Shown here piece after piece: positions 7,577 to 17,017 of a stretch of 37,690 nucleotides of DNA. Made by a program: the position numbers and the translations under genes. The DNA is taken from contig JAJBBL010000052.1 in the NCBI GenBank assembly GCA_020532365.1, positions 1 through 37,690 of the forward strand, in the 5' to 3' direction. The notes under the pieces were generated by a model. The model was not told the DNA's origin. It did no database searches and saw only the letters and a program-made list of their open reading frames with translations. Positions within the stretch are counted from its first letter, which is position 1; every line of letters starts with the position of its first letter. This stretch comes from Candidatus Cloacimonadota bacterium (GTDB lineage: Bacteria; Cloacimonadota; Cloacimonadia; Cloacimonadales; JAJBBL01).

Positions 7577-9466
7577 ATGAAGAACTTGTTAAGAATATAT
7601 AAGATAATGTTACGCCACTATGGCTACTTAATAGCTGGTCTTTTCTTTATGATCGGTTATGCAATATTTAGTGGAGCCAGCGTAACTATGGCAGTTCCGT
7701 TTTTTGATAACGTTTTTGCTCCGGTAAAAGGTGAGATTATATACACGACTTTTAGCGGCCTGTTTGGAGCTCTTAAAGGGGTTAGTGTTGACTTTTTAGC
7801 TGGGCGGAGCTTAATTTCGTTAGTAGAGCTTAATAATCTGACTCCACTTTTAGAACAGTTTCGCTTTATCTTGGATCACACGGACCCGATGTTAGTGTTA
7901 AAAGGTGTTGCGGTTGCAATATTCTTAGCGATATTCATCAAAAATACGTTTTACTACTTAAACAGGCTTATGTTTGCCAACCTCAACGGCCGTACAATAG
8001 TCGATATCCGTAATAAGATTATGAGTAACTATCTCAACCAATCGCTCCGATATTTCACTACTAACCGAGTAGGTGATTCTTTAGTTAGAATGGTAAATGA
8101 CGTTGAGATAGTGAGTAATCTCTTTATTAAGTCGATCTTTGAAGCGGTTAGAGATATCATACTTGTCTTCGTCTTTATGCGGATTGCAATCTATCTTAAT
8201 TTGAGACTCTTCTTGTTAAGCCTCATAATACTCCCCATTACTACGGTGCTTATAGCTAATATAGGTACTAAGATAAAGAAGTATGCACGTCGGATCCAAG
8301 TTCAGTTCTCTGACATATATTCTAAGGTGGAAGAACTTTTGACTAACATTAAGGTAGTGAAAGCTTTTGGAAAAGAGGAGGCTGAATACGAGAACTTCAA
8401 AAAGATTAACCAAAAGTTCTTCAAGTTTTGGCGTAAGTCTGAGATCTACTCGAGCTTTAGCGTCCCCATCTCTGAGCTAAATGGTACAATAACAGGCATC
8501 ATAATACTTCTTATAGGTGGGCGAGAGGTGGTCTTGGCAACTTCAGCTTTCACCTTGGGTGAGTTCAGTGCTTTCCTGTTTGCCATCTTCTCAATGCTCC
8601 ATCCCATAAAGACAATCTCAAAGACGTATACCGATATTAAAAAAGCGATGGTCTCTTTGAACAGAATCTCTGAAGTGATGTTTAATGAATCGGATATGCC
8701 GGAATCGCCTAACCCGCAAGCGCTGGAAAAGTTTAGCGATAAGATTGAATTTGATCAAGTTGACTTCAGTTATTGCCCCGGTCTAAAGGTGATTAAAGGA
8801 GTTACATTTACCATCAATAAAGGGGAGAAAGTAGCTGTAGTGGGTAGCAGCGGCTCAGGTAAAACTACTTTAGCCAATTTACTTCTGAGACTTTATGACG
8901 TAGACACCGGTGAAATAAGAGTTGACGGCATTCCAATAAAAGAGATTAAATACAGTGACTTGAGAAAACTCTTCGGGGTGGTCACACAAGAATCACTCCT
9001 TTTTACCGATACAGTTGCAGCTAATATCAAGTTCGGTACCAATAAAGAGGTAACCGATGAGGAGATAGCTCGAGCATGTGAAACGGCTTATGCTGACGAG
9101 TTTATAGAGCTCTTACCAGACAAATATGATGAGCTCCTTTACTCCAAAGGGGGTACACTGTCCGGAGGACAAAAGCAAAGACTCTGTATAGCCCGAGCAA
9201 TTGTTGGCGATCCCCCAATACTCGTCTTGGATGAAGCTACGAGTTCCTTGGATACAGAAGCTGAAAGAAGGGTGCAAGATGCCATAGAACAGGCAACAAA
9301 GAGTAGAACGGTCTTTATTATCGCTCATAGATTGTCGACGATCCTCTCATCTGACAAAATATTGGTTATGCAAGAGGGTGAGTTGATTGCCTCAGGCAAA
9401 CACATAGAGCTATTAGAGAGTTGCCCACGTTATAAGACTCTCTACGATTTACAGTTTAACGTATGA
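7577..9466 (+). CDS. ABC exporter, fused permease/ATPase (MsbA/lipid-A-exporter-like)
   Basis: 629 aa with an N-terminal 6-TM domain. Walker A GSSGSGKTT, signature LSGGQKQRL, Walker B ILVLDEATSSLD, H-loop IIAHRLST. Confidence 0.9.
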   Translation: MKNLLRIYKIMLRHYGYLIAGLFFMIGYAIFSGASVTMAVPFFDNVFAPVKGEIIYTTFSGLFGALKGVSVDFLAGRSLISLVELNNLTPLLEQFRFILDHTDPMLVLKGVAVAIFLAIFIKNTFYYLNRLMFANLNGRTIVDIRNKIMSNYLNQSLRYFTTNRVGDSLVRMVNDVEIVSNLFIKSIFEAVRDIILVFVFMRIAIYLNLRLFLLSLIILPITTVLIANIGTKIKKYARRIQVQFSDIYSKVEELLTNIKVVKAFGKEEAEYENFKKINQKFFKFWRKSEIYSSFSVPISELNGTITGIIILLIGGREVVLATSAFTLGEFSAFLFAIFSMLHPIKTISKTYTDIKKAMVSLNRISEVMFNESDMPESPNPQALEKFSDKIEFDQVDFSYCPGLKVIKGVTFTINKGEKVAVVGSSGSGKTTLANLLLRLYDVDTGEIRVDGIPIKEIKYSDLRKLFGVVTQESLLFTDTVAANIKFGTNKEVTDEEIARACETAYADEFIELLPDKYDELLYSKGGTLSGGQKQRLCIARAIVGDPPILVLDEATSSLDTEAERRVQDAIEQATKSRTVFIIAHRLSTILSSDKILVMQEGELIASGKHIELLESCPRYKTLYDLQFNV

Positions 9467-9491
9467 AAAATAATATAAATAGGTGGTTTGA

Positions 9492-11108
9492 ATGGCGAAA
9501 CATATATTCGTGATCGGTGGTGTAGTTTCTTCCTTAGGCAAAGGGATAGCAGCCTCTTCAATAGGGCTTCTGCCCAAGAAAATGAATTATAAAGTCGGTA
9601 TGCTAAAATTAGATCCATATCTAAATGTCGACCCTGGTAGAATGAGCCCTTTTCAGCACGGCGAGGTGTTTGTCACCGACGATGGAGCAGAGACCGATTT
9701 AGATTTAGGCCATTACGAACGGTTTATCGGTGAATCTCTAACCAAAGACTCTAACGCCACTGCTGGAAAAATCTATGAAAGAGTGCTCCAGAGAGAGAAG
9801 AATGGCGAGTATGACGGTAAAACAGTACAAGTTATACCACACGTCACAAACGAGATTAAACATACGATTCAGAAGCTTGATGATAGATATGATATTGTGA
9901 TTACTGAGATAGGTGGAACTGTCGGCGATATTGAAAGTCTCCCTTTTTTAGAGGCGATACGTCAATTCAGAATGGAAGTAGGGATTAAAAACTCCCTATT
10001 CGTCTTCCTAACCTATGTCCCTTACATAAGGGCAGCTGGCGAGTTAAAAACAAAGCCAACTCAGCATAGCGCATATAAACTACGAGAAATAGGTATTCAG
10101 CCAGATATACTTATTTGTAGATCTGAAAAGCCGTTTGGCGATGAAATAGCTCAAAAGATTTCGTTGTTTACTAACGTTCCGAGAGATCACGTGTTTAATG
10201 CCAACAATGTTGACTGTATATATGAAGTGCCGGTTAACTTTTGGAAAGAGAAGATGCATCAACCGATCTGTCAACACCTTGAGTTAGAGCAGTGTGAGAT
10301 TGACTTATCAGACTGGGAGGCGCTCGCGCATTCGGTAATGAACCCTGAGAGAGAGGTCAATATAGCTCTTTGTGGAAAGTATGTAGAGCATCAAGATGCA
10401 TATAAAAGTGTTTGGCAGGCGCTGATTCACTCCTCTACTGTATTCTTAGCAAAACTAAATTTGAAAATGATCGATACCGAAAAAATAAACACTCCGGAGC
10501 TCATTGAAAGAGAGCTTGAAGGTATGGATGGCATTCTGATACCTGGTGGTTTCGGAAGTCGCGGAATAGATGGTAAGATAGAGGTAGCTAAGTACGCCAG
10601 AGAGAATAAAATACCGTTTTTTGGTATCTGTCTCGGACTTCAGATAGCCACAATCGAGTTTATCAGGAATGTAGGGGGGCTACTCCAAGCATATAGCACA
10701 GAGTTCGATCCCAACACCCCTGACCCTGTCATCGATCTTATTGCTGCTAATAAGAATAAAGGAAGGTCAAACGGTGCTATGAGATTAGGCGCATATCCCT
10801 GCCAAATAGAGAAAGGGACACTGGCAGAAAAGATATACCAGTCTAACGAAATATCTGAAAGACATCGGCATCGTTATGAGTTTAACAATGAGTATCGGGA
10901 GTTACTAACCTCAAAAGGTATGACAGTTTCCGGCACATACAGTAACGGCTCATTGGTGGAGATTGTTGAGATTCCCGACCATCCATTCTATATAGCAGTT
11001 CAATTTCACCCTGAATTTAAATCACGACCCGATTTTCCACACCCGATTTTCACTCATTTTATTGAAGCTTCATTAAATAACAGTACTTCTAAACAAAGTC
11101 AAAAATAA
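9492..11108 (+). CDS. pyrG: CTP synthase
   Basis: GGVVSSLGKGI, KLDPYLNVDPG.MSP.QHGEVFVTDDGAETDLDLGHYERF, and a glutaminase domain GICLGLQ...HRHRYEF. Confidence 0.95.
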   Translation: MAKHIFVIGGVVSSLGKGIAASSIGLLPKKMNYKVGMLKLDPYLNVDPGRMSPFQHGEVFVTDDGAETDLDLGHYERFIGESLTKDSNATAGKIYERVLQREKNGEYDGKTVQVIPHVTNEIKHTIQKLDDRYDIVITEIGGTVGDIESLPFLEAIRQFRMEVGIKNSLFVFLTYVPYIRAAGELKTKPTQHSAYKLREIGIQPDILICRSEKPFGDEIAQKISLFTNVPRDHVFNANNVDCIYEVPVNFWKEKMHQPICQHLELEQCEIDLSDWEALAHSVMNPEREVNIALCGKYVEHQDAYKSVWQALIHSSTVFLAKLNLKMIDTEKINTPELIERELEGMDGILIPGGFGSRGIDGKIEVAKYARENKIPFFGICLGLQIATIEFIRNVGGLLQAYSTEFDPNTPDPVIDLIAANKNKGRSNGAMRLGAYPCQIEKGTLAEKIYQSNEISERHRHRYEFNNEYRELLTSKGMTVSGTYSNGSLVEIVEIPDHPFYIAVQFHPEFKSRPDFPHPIFTHFIEASLNNSTSKQSQK

Positions 11109-11128
11109 ATCAACGAGGGGGTTTTTGT

Positions 11129-11440
11129 ATGTTAAGCAAACTATTAGGTGCAGGTGCCAAGTATTATTTAAACAAGAAGATTAAAGGTATTGGTGAGATT
11201 AGCGAGCTTCTTTTGGACACCCCTAAGAAGCAGCTCTCTTTAACAGCCTATCTTAAGGGTGAAGAAGAGCCGCTCTCACTTTTTGTACACAGTTATGAAG
11301 TTTATGCCGTAAAAGGGAAGAACTACCTGAAAATCAACAGTTTTAGTTCAACAAAGGAGTGGCTTGACTTAGCGGTTAAGAAGTGGGCTGTAGAGTTGAA
11401 ATTCTCTATACCGCCTATAATTGCTGCGCTTCTGAGATGA
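11129..11440 (+). CDS. Hypothetical protein (103 aa)
   Basis: The ORF has GAGGGGG upstream and fits the tight co-directional spacing. I recognise no motif. Confidence 0.5.
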   Translation: MLSKLLGAGAKYYLNKKIKGIGEISELLLDTPKKQLSLTAYLKGEEEPLSLFVHSYEVYAVKGKNYLKINSFSSTKEWLDLAVKKWAVELKFSIPPIIAALLR

Positions 11441-11537
11441 TTTTCTAAGTAATAGTGATGAAAAGACTTGTTTTTTGAAGGTTTTGAACCTATATTTAAG
11501 TTTATAGTGTATAAATTAACGAAATAAAGAGGTGATT

Positions 11538-12035
11538 ATGAAAAAGGAACAATTATTAGAAGCTATAAAAAAGGCGATGAGAGCAGAACTTGATAGTGTT
11601 AACCTTTATCAATCAGCGTTAAACGCTTCGGATGACCAAGAGGTAAAAGACTTCTTTCAAGAGCGTGTCGACGAGGAAAAGAGACATTACAATTATCTTT
11701 TGAACTATTACAAGGAAATTGAAAGTGATAAGAAACTGACCGACCTTGGTGATATTTTTAGTGAACCGGAAGCTGAGACTATTTTTAGCGAAGGCTTCTT
11801 GAGGAGAATAGGGGAGAAGCAAGTCCTTTTCTCAGCTATATCGACTGCAGTGCTCTTAGAAAAAGAGGCGTTACAACACTACAAAAACCTTGCTCAAGAT
11901 ACAGATGAGCAAGAGTTAAAAGATTTCTTCTCACATATGGGTAGCTGGGAGACTCAGCACTATATGGACGTTCTTAAAATCCAACAAGAGGCTGAAAAGT
12001 TCTACTGGGAAATCAATGACTTTGAGCCATTCTAA
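11538..12035 (+). CDS. Stand-alone ferritin-like diiron protein (rubrerythrin family), paralog of 409-867
   Basis: Same E...ExxH...E...ExxH pattern (RAELDSVNLY, DEEKRH, LEKEALQHY, SWETQH). I prefer ATG 11538 (AAAGAGGTG 4 nt upstream) over the track's GTG at 11532. Confidence 0.8.
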   Translation: MKKEQLLEAIKKAMRAELDSVNLYQSALNASDDQEVKDFFQERVDEEKRHYNYLLNYYKEIESDKKLTDLGDIFSEPEAETIFSEGFLRRIGEKQVLFSAISTAVLLEKEALQHYKNLAQDTDEQELKDFFSHMGSWETQHYMDVLKIQQEAEKFYWEINDFEPF

Positions 12036-12085
12036 ACTATATTAGATAAAGGGTTTAGACTTACGTTAAACATTGAGAAAACGTT

Positions 12086-12122
12086 AAGGACACTTCAATA
12101 CATGTGAGGTGTCCTTTTATTC
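12086..12122 (+). terminator. Rho-independent terminator closing the long plus-strand gene string
   Basis: The stem AAGGACACTTCA (12086-12097) pairs with TGAGGTGTCCTT (12105-12116). That is 12 bp with one G-U and a 7-nt loop, followed by TTATT. Confidence 0.6.
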
Positions 12123-12172
12123 TTGGCTTAGAACGGTAACAAGCAGGACTAAATTTTGGGTGAGGTTAAAAA

Positions 12173-13537
12173 TTGGACGAACAAAATAAAGCGATACTGA
12201 CGACAGGTAACATAGCAAAGCAATTGTTATTGCTTACTTTACCGATGATTGTTGGACAGGTCAGTATAGTAATCTTCAATATCACAGACACATTTTTCAT
12301 AAGTCGGTTAGGGGAAGAGCAGCTTGCTGCTATCTCTTTCACCTTCCCAGTAGTTACCGTTATCAACAGTTTTGCAGCTGGTATAGGGATTGGTGCAGGG
12401 GCGTTGATAGCCCGTTATTTGGGAGAGGGGAATATGTATAAGGTTCGCCGTTTGACTACCGACACCTTAATACTCGGCTTCTTTTTCATCCTATTGCTCT
12501 CAATCATTGGTGTTTTGACGATCAAGCCAATGTTCAGGATGCTTGGAGCCACTGAAAGTGTACTCGTATACATTGAAGATTATATGTCGATTTGGTATTA
12601 TGGCTCGTTTATAGTAGTGCTGACTATGATCAGCAACAACATTCAAAGGGCTTTAGGTGATACTAAAACGCCGGGCATCATTATGCTCGTTTCTGCTCTA
12701 TTAAATGCAATATTTGACCCACTTCTTATCTTTGGGATCTGGTTCTTTCCTCGAATGGAGATGAAAGGGGCAGCTTTGACGACAGTCCTATCAAGAATAA
12801 TAGTAGCTATTATGGCTATTTATATTCTTGGATATAAACGCAAATTGATTGTCCTTAAACGGGTTAAACTGAAAGAGCTTTTTGCCTCTTGGCGTGAAGT
12901 ATTGCACATCGGGATCCCCTCTGCCTCCATTAGATTGGCGCTACCTATAGGTTCCGGAATTGTTACAAGGTTACTCAGTACGAGTGGTCAACTCGTAGTG
13001 GCCGGCTTTGGAGTGGCTACCAGAATAGAGTTTTTTGCCTTAGCGCCAATAACAGCCTTATCGTCAGTAATGAGTCCTTTTGTAGGACAGAACTTAGGGG
13101 CTGGCAAACTATCACGAGTCCGCAAAGGGCGTGTAATTAGCCAAAACATCTCTTTGATTATTGGTGGGAGCATTGCGGTTCTATTGTGGATTTTTGCTCG
13201 ACCTTTGGCTCTTTTATTCAATGATAATCCAGCTGTCGTAGAAACAATAGTACAGTATCTACGTATAGTTCCGATAGCATACGGTTTAGCGGGGATATTA
13301 CAGATTAGCTCAACCATTCTCAACGTTCTTAAAATGCCTTATTTATCATCGGGGTTGATGGGGATGCATATATTCCTAATCTATGTACCTTTAGCTCTTA
13401 TCTCTCATAGATTTTTTGGTGGAACAGGAGTTTTTGCCTCACTGGCGATATCTTATATAGTAGCGGGGTTGATAGCGCTTAGCTTGGTGAGAAAGAAGAT
13501 AGGTGAATTAGAAGTTACGTCTAAAAAGATGACATAA
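12173..13537 (+). CDS. MATE family efflux transporter
   Basis: 454 aa, about 12 TM helices, typical MATE N-terminus (LLLLTLPMIVGQVSIVIFNITDTFFISRLGEEQLAAI). TTG start. Confidence 0.85.
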   Translation: MDEQNKAILTTGNIAKQLLLLTLPMIVGQVSIVIFNITDTFFISRLGEEQLAAISFTFPVVTVINSFAAGIGIGAGALIARYLGEGNMYKVRRLTTDTLILGFFFILLLSIIGVLTIKPMFRMLGATESVLVYIEDYMSIWYYGSFIVVLTMISNNIQRALGDTKTPGIIMLVSALLNAIFDPLLIFGIWFFPRMEMKGAALTTVLSRIIVAIMAIYILGYKRKLIVLKRVKLKELFASWREVLHIGIPSASIRLALPIGSGIVTRLLSTSGQLVVAGFGVATRIEFFALAPITALSSVMSPFVGQNLGAGKLSRVRKGRVISQNISLIIGGSIAVLLWIFARPLALLFNDNPAVVETIVQYLRIVPIAYGLAGILQISSTILNVLKMPYLSSGLMGMHIFLIYVPLALISHRFFGGTGVFASLAISYIVAGLIALSLVRKKIGELEVTSKKMT

Positions 13538-13578
13538 AAGCATAAAGCCGTTTATCGACTTAACTAAAAGTAGGTTTC

Positions 13579-14217
13579 TTAAACACCTCGTTTGTCGGGT
13601 GACCATACTATCTTGTGGAGTTGTATGTGTAGTCTAACGTTTAACCTATCTCTTACAATCCATTCGGCTAATTGGTCAGGCTTTAATCTACCATAAACTG
13701 GTGAGAAGTGTATTTTGGTGGTATTGATGGTGTGTTTTGCAATAAAGTTTTTCGCAAATTGATAGTCAGTATAGTCACTTAGGACAAACTTAAGTTCGTC
13801 CTGGGGATTTATATGTAAGAGATTTTCTATAAGAAAAGATTGCTCTTCGCCACTTCCGGGACACTTCACATCGACTATTTTGACCACATAATTAGGCACA
13901 TTTTGAAGGTTTTGAGAGCCATTTGTCTCAATGAGTATATTATTGCCATAAGAATGTAAAGCTTCAAATAGAGGGTATATACTCTCTTGTAAGAGTGGTT
14001 CGCCACCAGTAATCTCAACCAGATTGACAGGTCTGTATTGTTCTATTGTTTTTATGATTTGCTCAATACTTGTTTTGGTCCCTTCCTCATAGCTGTATAC
14101 GGTATCACAATATGAGCATCTTAAGTTACAGCCGGTGAAGCGGATGAAAATACAGGGGAGCCCTTGATAGGTAGATTCTCCTTGAACGCTCAAGAAGATT
14201 TCAGATAGGTTGATCAT
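13579..14217 (-). CDS. queE: 7-carboxy-7-deazaguanine synthase (radical SAM)
   Basis: EIFLSVQGESTYQGLPCIFIRFTGCNLRCSYCDT matches the short QueE type with the CxxxCxxC cluster. Its ATG overlaps the upstream stop (ATGA at 14214-14217). Confidence 0.85.
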   Translation of the reverse strand: MINLSEIFLSVQGESTYQGLPCIFIRFTGCNLRCSYCDTVYSYEEGTKTSIEQIIKTIEQYRPVNLVEITGGEPLLQESIYPLFEALHSYGNNILIETNGSQNLQNVPNYVVKIVDVKCPGSGEEQSFLIENLLHINPQDELKFVLSDYTDYQFAKNFIAKHTINTTKIHFSPVYGRLKPDQLAEWIVRDRLNVRLHIQLHKIVWSPDKRGV

Positions 14218-15431
14218 CCTTGGAAGGGGAGATAAGGTAGTGTTTTATGGTATCCTAAGATACTGTCAATTCTATCAATGATTTTCTCAGGGTGTCCTTT
14301 GACAAAGCGTTCAGTCCCTTCTTTGGTGTAGGTATAATAGTCATCCTTCTCTATTGAAAAATGCTCTAAATATTTCAATTGTCCGTAAATTGGAACCCCT
14401 TGCCACATAAAGAAGATAATATCGTCAGGTGTTATCTTAAGTATGTTCGAGTAAGGGTCTTTAGCTTTAGCTTTAACAAGGAGGATGTTTTCATTGTTTT
14501 TCTCTTGTAGGGCGTATTTTTCTTTGTCGAGAAAGAGCGCTTTTGCCGAGTGACTGCTAATCATTTTATACAGTGTTTTCGCTGGGATGTGTGGCGCCTT
14601 TTGGTGGGCATAAGATATTTCTGAAAGCAAATTTATCGAGCCTGAGAGTGTTGAGTCAGTTCCAATAACGACGTTGACCCCTATGCTTAAACAAGTGTCA
14701 ATATCTAATGTCTGACCAATCAGGGCGTAGTTTGAAAAAGGGCACCAACAGACAGATGCACCGGTATCAGCACACATATGTAACTCTCGTTTTGTTAGTG
14801 AGATACCGTGTATAATGAGAGTATTTGGTTTAAGTAAACCAATCTCATAAAGTTTACTAAATTCTCCCTTAGTAGTTTCATCTAATCCCTCACCGAGGTG
14901 TACGATAAAGGGCATCTCACCTTTCGATGCCTCCATCTCTTGAAGCGGCTCTTCGCCCCCCCAGAAATTACCAAGGGTAATTGAGTGTAGTTGGCGATAT
15001 TTGCGGAGCACTTCGATAGGGAAGAGGTCGTAATATTCATCTTGTTGGATTGGTGCGTGATCTTGAACAACACCAACCCCTGAAAAAATATTTTTATAAC
15101 CACCAAGTAGAGCTAAAAGCGGACCGTTCTCTTTAAGGAAGCTCATCGGGATGCTATTGACAAACACTTTATCACGCTCTTTTACAGAGGGTGATAGCTT
15201 CATATCTTTCACCCAGATATTGGCGTTTGGATAGAGGCTTGAGTTCCTGGCGGGTGGATACCAGTTGCCGATCAGGTGATCGTGAGCGTTGATGAAAGGG
15301 AAGTAAGCAAACGCTTTCTCTACTGAGAGTTTACTTGTCGAGCTATTGAGAAAAGGGCTACTTATCTCAATTTCTCTTAAAGAACTCTCTTTTTCATCGC
15401 CCAAAACAACCTGGTCGACAACTATTTTCAT
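14214..15431 (-). CDS. Amidohydrolase-superfamily deaminase-like protein (COG0402, SsnA/MtaD/chlorohydrolase type)
   Basis: Metal and catalytic motifs appear in order: INAHDHL (HxH), VHLGEG (HxxE), IHGISL, CPFSN, IGTDS. Confidence 0.75.
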   Translation of the reverse strand: MKIVVDQVVLGDEKESSLREIEISSPFLNSSTSKLSVEKAFAYFPFINAHDHLIGNWYPPARNSSLYPNANIWVKDMKLSPSVKERDKVFVNSIPMSFLKENGPLLALLGGYKNIFSGVGVVQDHAPIQQDEYYDLFPIEVLRKYRQLHSITLGNFWGGEEPLQEMEASKGEMPFIVHLGEGLDETTKGEFSKLYEIGLLKPNTLIIHGISLTKRELHMCADTGASVCWCPFSNYALIGQTLDIDTCLSIGVNVVIGTDSTLSGSINLLSEISYAHQKAPHIPAKTLYKMISSHSAKALFLDKEKYALQEKNNENILLVKAKAKDPYSNILKITPDDIIFFMWQGVPIYGQLKYLEHFSIEKDDYYTYTKEGTERFVKGHPEKIIDRIDSILGYHKTLPYLPFQG

Positions 15432-15437
15432 GTTGTT

Positions 15438-16625
15438 TTACTCTTTTAATTGAAACTTTTTAGTAAGCTTTGGTAAGATCTCAAAAATGTCCCCTACAAT
15501 TCCTAAATCGGCCGCTTTAAAGATAGGGGCATCAGGATCCTTATTGATGGCGATAATATAGTCAGAAGACTGCATTCCTGCCAAATGCTGGATAGCACCT
15601 GAGATACCACAAGCTACGTAAACGCGTGGCTTGATTGTCTTCCCTGTTTGACCGACTTGGTGAGGATAGCTGACCCATTCGGCGTCGACAGCTGCTCGAG
15701 AAGCTCCTACAGCAGCTCCCAAGACTTTAGCTAATTCCTCAATCATCGCGAAATTCTTCTTCTCTTTAAGGCCACGGCCACCAGATATTACCAGGTTAGC
15801 CTCAGCAATGTTGAGTGTTTGAGTCTCGTCATGCTCAAAGCTGATATACTTAGTTTTATTATCATATTTACTAAGGTCTATCGTTTCGTTAATAACGGTG
15901 CCAGTTCTCTCATTGTCTTTTGGCAGGGGGTCCATCACTTTATGTCTAACTGTAGCCATTTGTGGTCTATGGTTAGGGGTGAGGATTGTTGCCATAATGT
16001 TGCCGCCAAAGGCTGGTCGGGTCTGAAGCAGGTTACCGTTCTCCTCATCGATGGCAAGGCCTGTACAGTCGGCTGTAAGTCCTGTATGCAACTCTACAGC
16101 TACTCGAGGGATAAAAGATCTCCCGATAACAGTGGCACCGGCTAAGATTATTTCAGGTTTGTATTTCTCGGAAATTTCTGTGAGAACTTTTGTATAAAGT
16201 TGATCGTTAAAATGCTCTAATTCAGGCTGATCAACGGCGATAACTTTATCAGCACCATAAGCGATAAGCTCTTTAGCTAACCCTTCAACGTTATGTCCAA
16301 TCAGCACAGCAGACAGCTCCACCTCTTTAACAGCGGCAAGCTCACTACCTTTACCAAGAAGCTCGAGAACTACCGGTGCTAAGTTTCCATCACGCTGCTC
16401 AGCAAAGACCCAGATTCCTTTATAATCGTCTTTATTAACGGCTACCTGTTGGTCTTTTCTTATAAAAATAGCATCAAAAGGGCAGGCGCTTACACAAGCA
16501 CCGCAAAGAGTACACTTATCGGCGATAATTTCAGCAGTTTTATTTTCAATTACTATGGCATCATATGCACAAGCTTTTAGGCATAGGCCACAGCCAACAC
16601 ATTTACTTACAATGACTTCAATCAT
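15438..16625 (-). CDS. etfA: Electron transfer flavoprotein alpha subunit with an N-terminal 2x[4Fe-4S] ferredoxin domain (FixB/CarE-like)
   Basis: CVGCGLCLKAC...CTLCGACVSACP is followed by EtfA domains (LAGATVIGRSF, VISGGRG, PHQVGQTGKTIKPRVYVACGISGAIQHLAGM). I prefer ATG 16625 (GGAGA 5 nt upstream) over the track's TTG at 16637. Confidence 0.85.
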   Translation of the reverse strand: MIEVIVSKCVGCGLCLKACAYDAIVIENKTAEIIADKCTLCGACVSACPFDAIFIRKDQQVAVNKDDYKGIWVFAEQRDGNLAPVVLELLGKGSELAAVKEVELSAVLIGHNVEGLAKELIAYGADKVIAVDQPELEHFNDQLYTKVLTEISEKYKPEIILAGATVIGRSFIPRVAVELHTGLTADCTGLAIDEENGNLLQTRPAFGGNIMATILTPNHRPQMATVRHKVMDPLPKDNERTGTVINETIDLSKYDNKTKYISFEHDETQTLNIAEANLVISGGRGLKEKKNFAMIEELAKVLGAAVGASRAAVDAEWVSYPHQVGQTGKTIKPRVYVACGISGAIQHLAGMQSSDYIIAINKDPDAPIFKAADLGIVGDIFEILPKLTKKFQLKE

Positions 16626-16706
16626 TAATATCTCCAACTAATTTATCTTTTCTTTATTCATCTTGATCTTTAGATTCATTTACATAGCACAAGATATAGT
16701 GCCCCT

Positions 16707-16734
16707 AAATTATGTATTGATTGTAGGTTGTCAA
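16707..16734 (-). promoter_or_regulatory. Candidate promoter for the etfA-amidohydrolase-queE unit
   Basis: On the minus strand, TTGACA (16734-16729), a 16-nt spacer, then TAATTT (16712-16707). It lies about 75 nt upstream of the ATG. Confidence 0.3.
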
Positions 16735-16966
16735 TGAAAATCAACTCAACACATTCGCAACCCGCAATAAAAGTATCCACTCTGTTTAATTTGGATGATA
16801 TTTTTTGTAGTTTAACTCACTATAATTAGTAGCTAATGCAAGGTGTTTTATCGGCTCTTATTTTAATGATTTTTATGCACGTTAAGTAGAACTTTGTCAT
16901 CATTTTGTTACAAAAGTTCACCGATTCACGTAAACCATTGTACAGCATAGTGATGTAAGGAGAGTG

Positions 16967-17017
16967 TTAGGAGAATAGTCGTAGGCGGCCCTGACCCGCC
17001 TACGACTATTCTCCTAA
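16967..17017. repeat. Perfect 22-bp-stem inverted repeat with a 7-nt loop
   Basis: TTAGGAGAATAGTCGTAGGCGG, loop CCCTGAC, CCGCCTACGACTATTCTCCTAA; every position pairs. The core is GC-rich (GTAGGCGG...CCGCCTAC) in an AT-rich, ORF-free spacer. Confidence 0.9.

Noticed and set aside
16710-16720. TTATGTATTGA, partly resembling the XerD arm of dif (TTATGTTAAAT), near the Xer recombinase gene
   Set aside because: Only the first 6 nt match, and there is no matching XerC-type arm 6 nt away. It also overlaps the -10 of the candidate etfA promoter. This is not convincing without terminus mapping.
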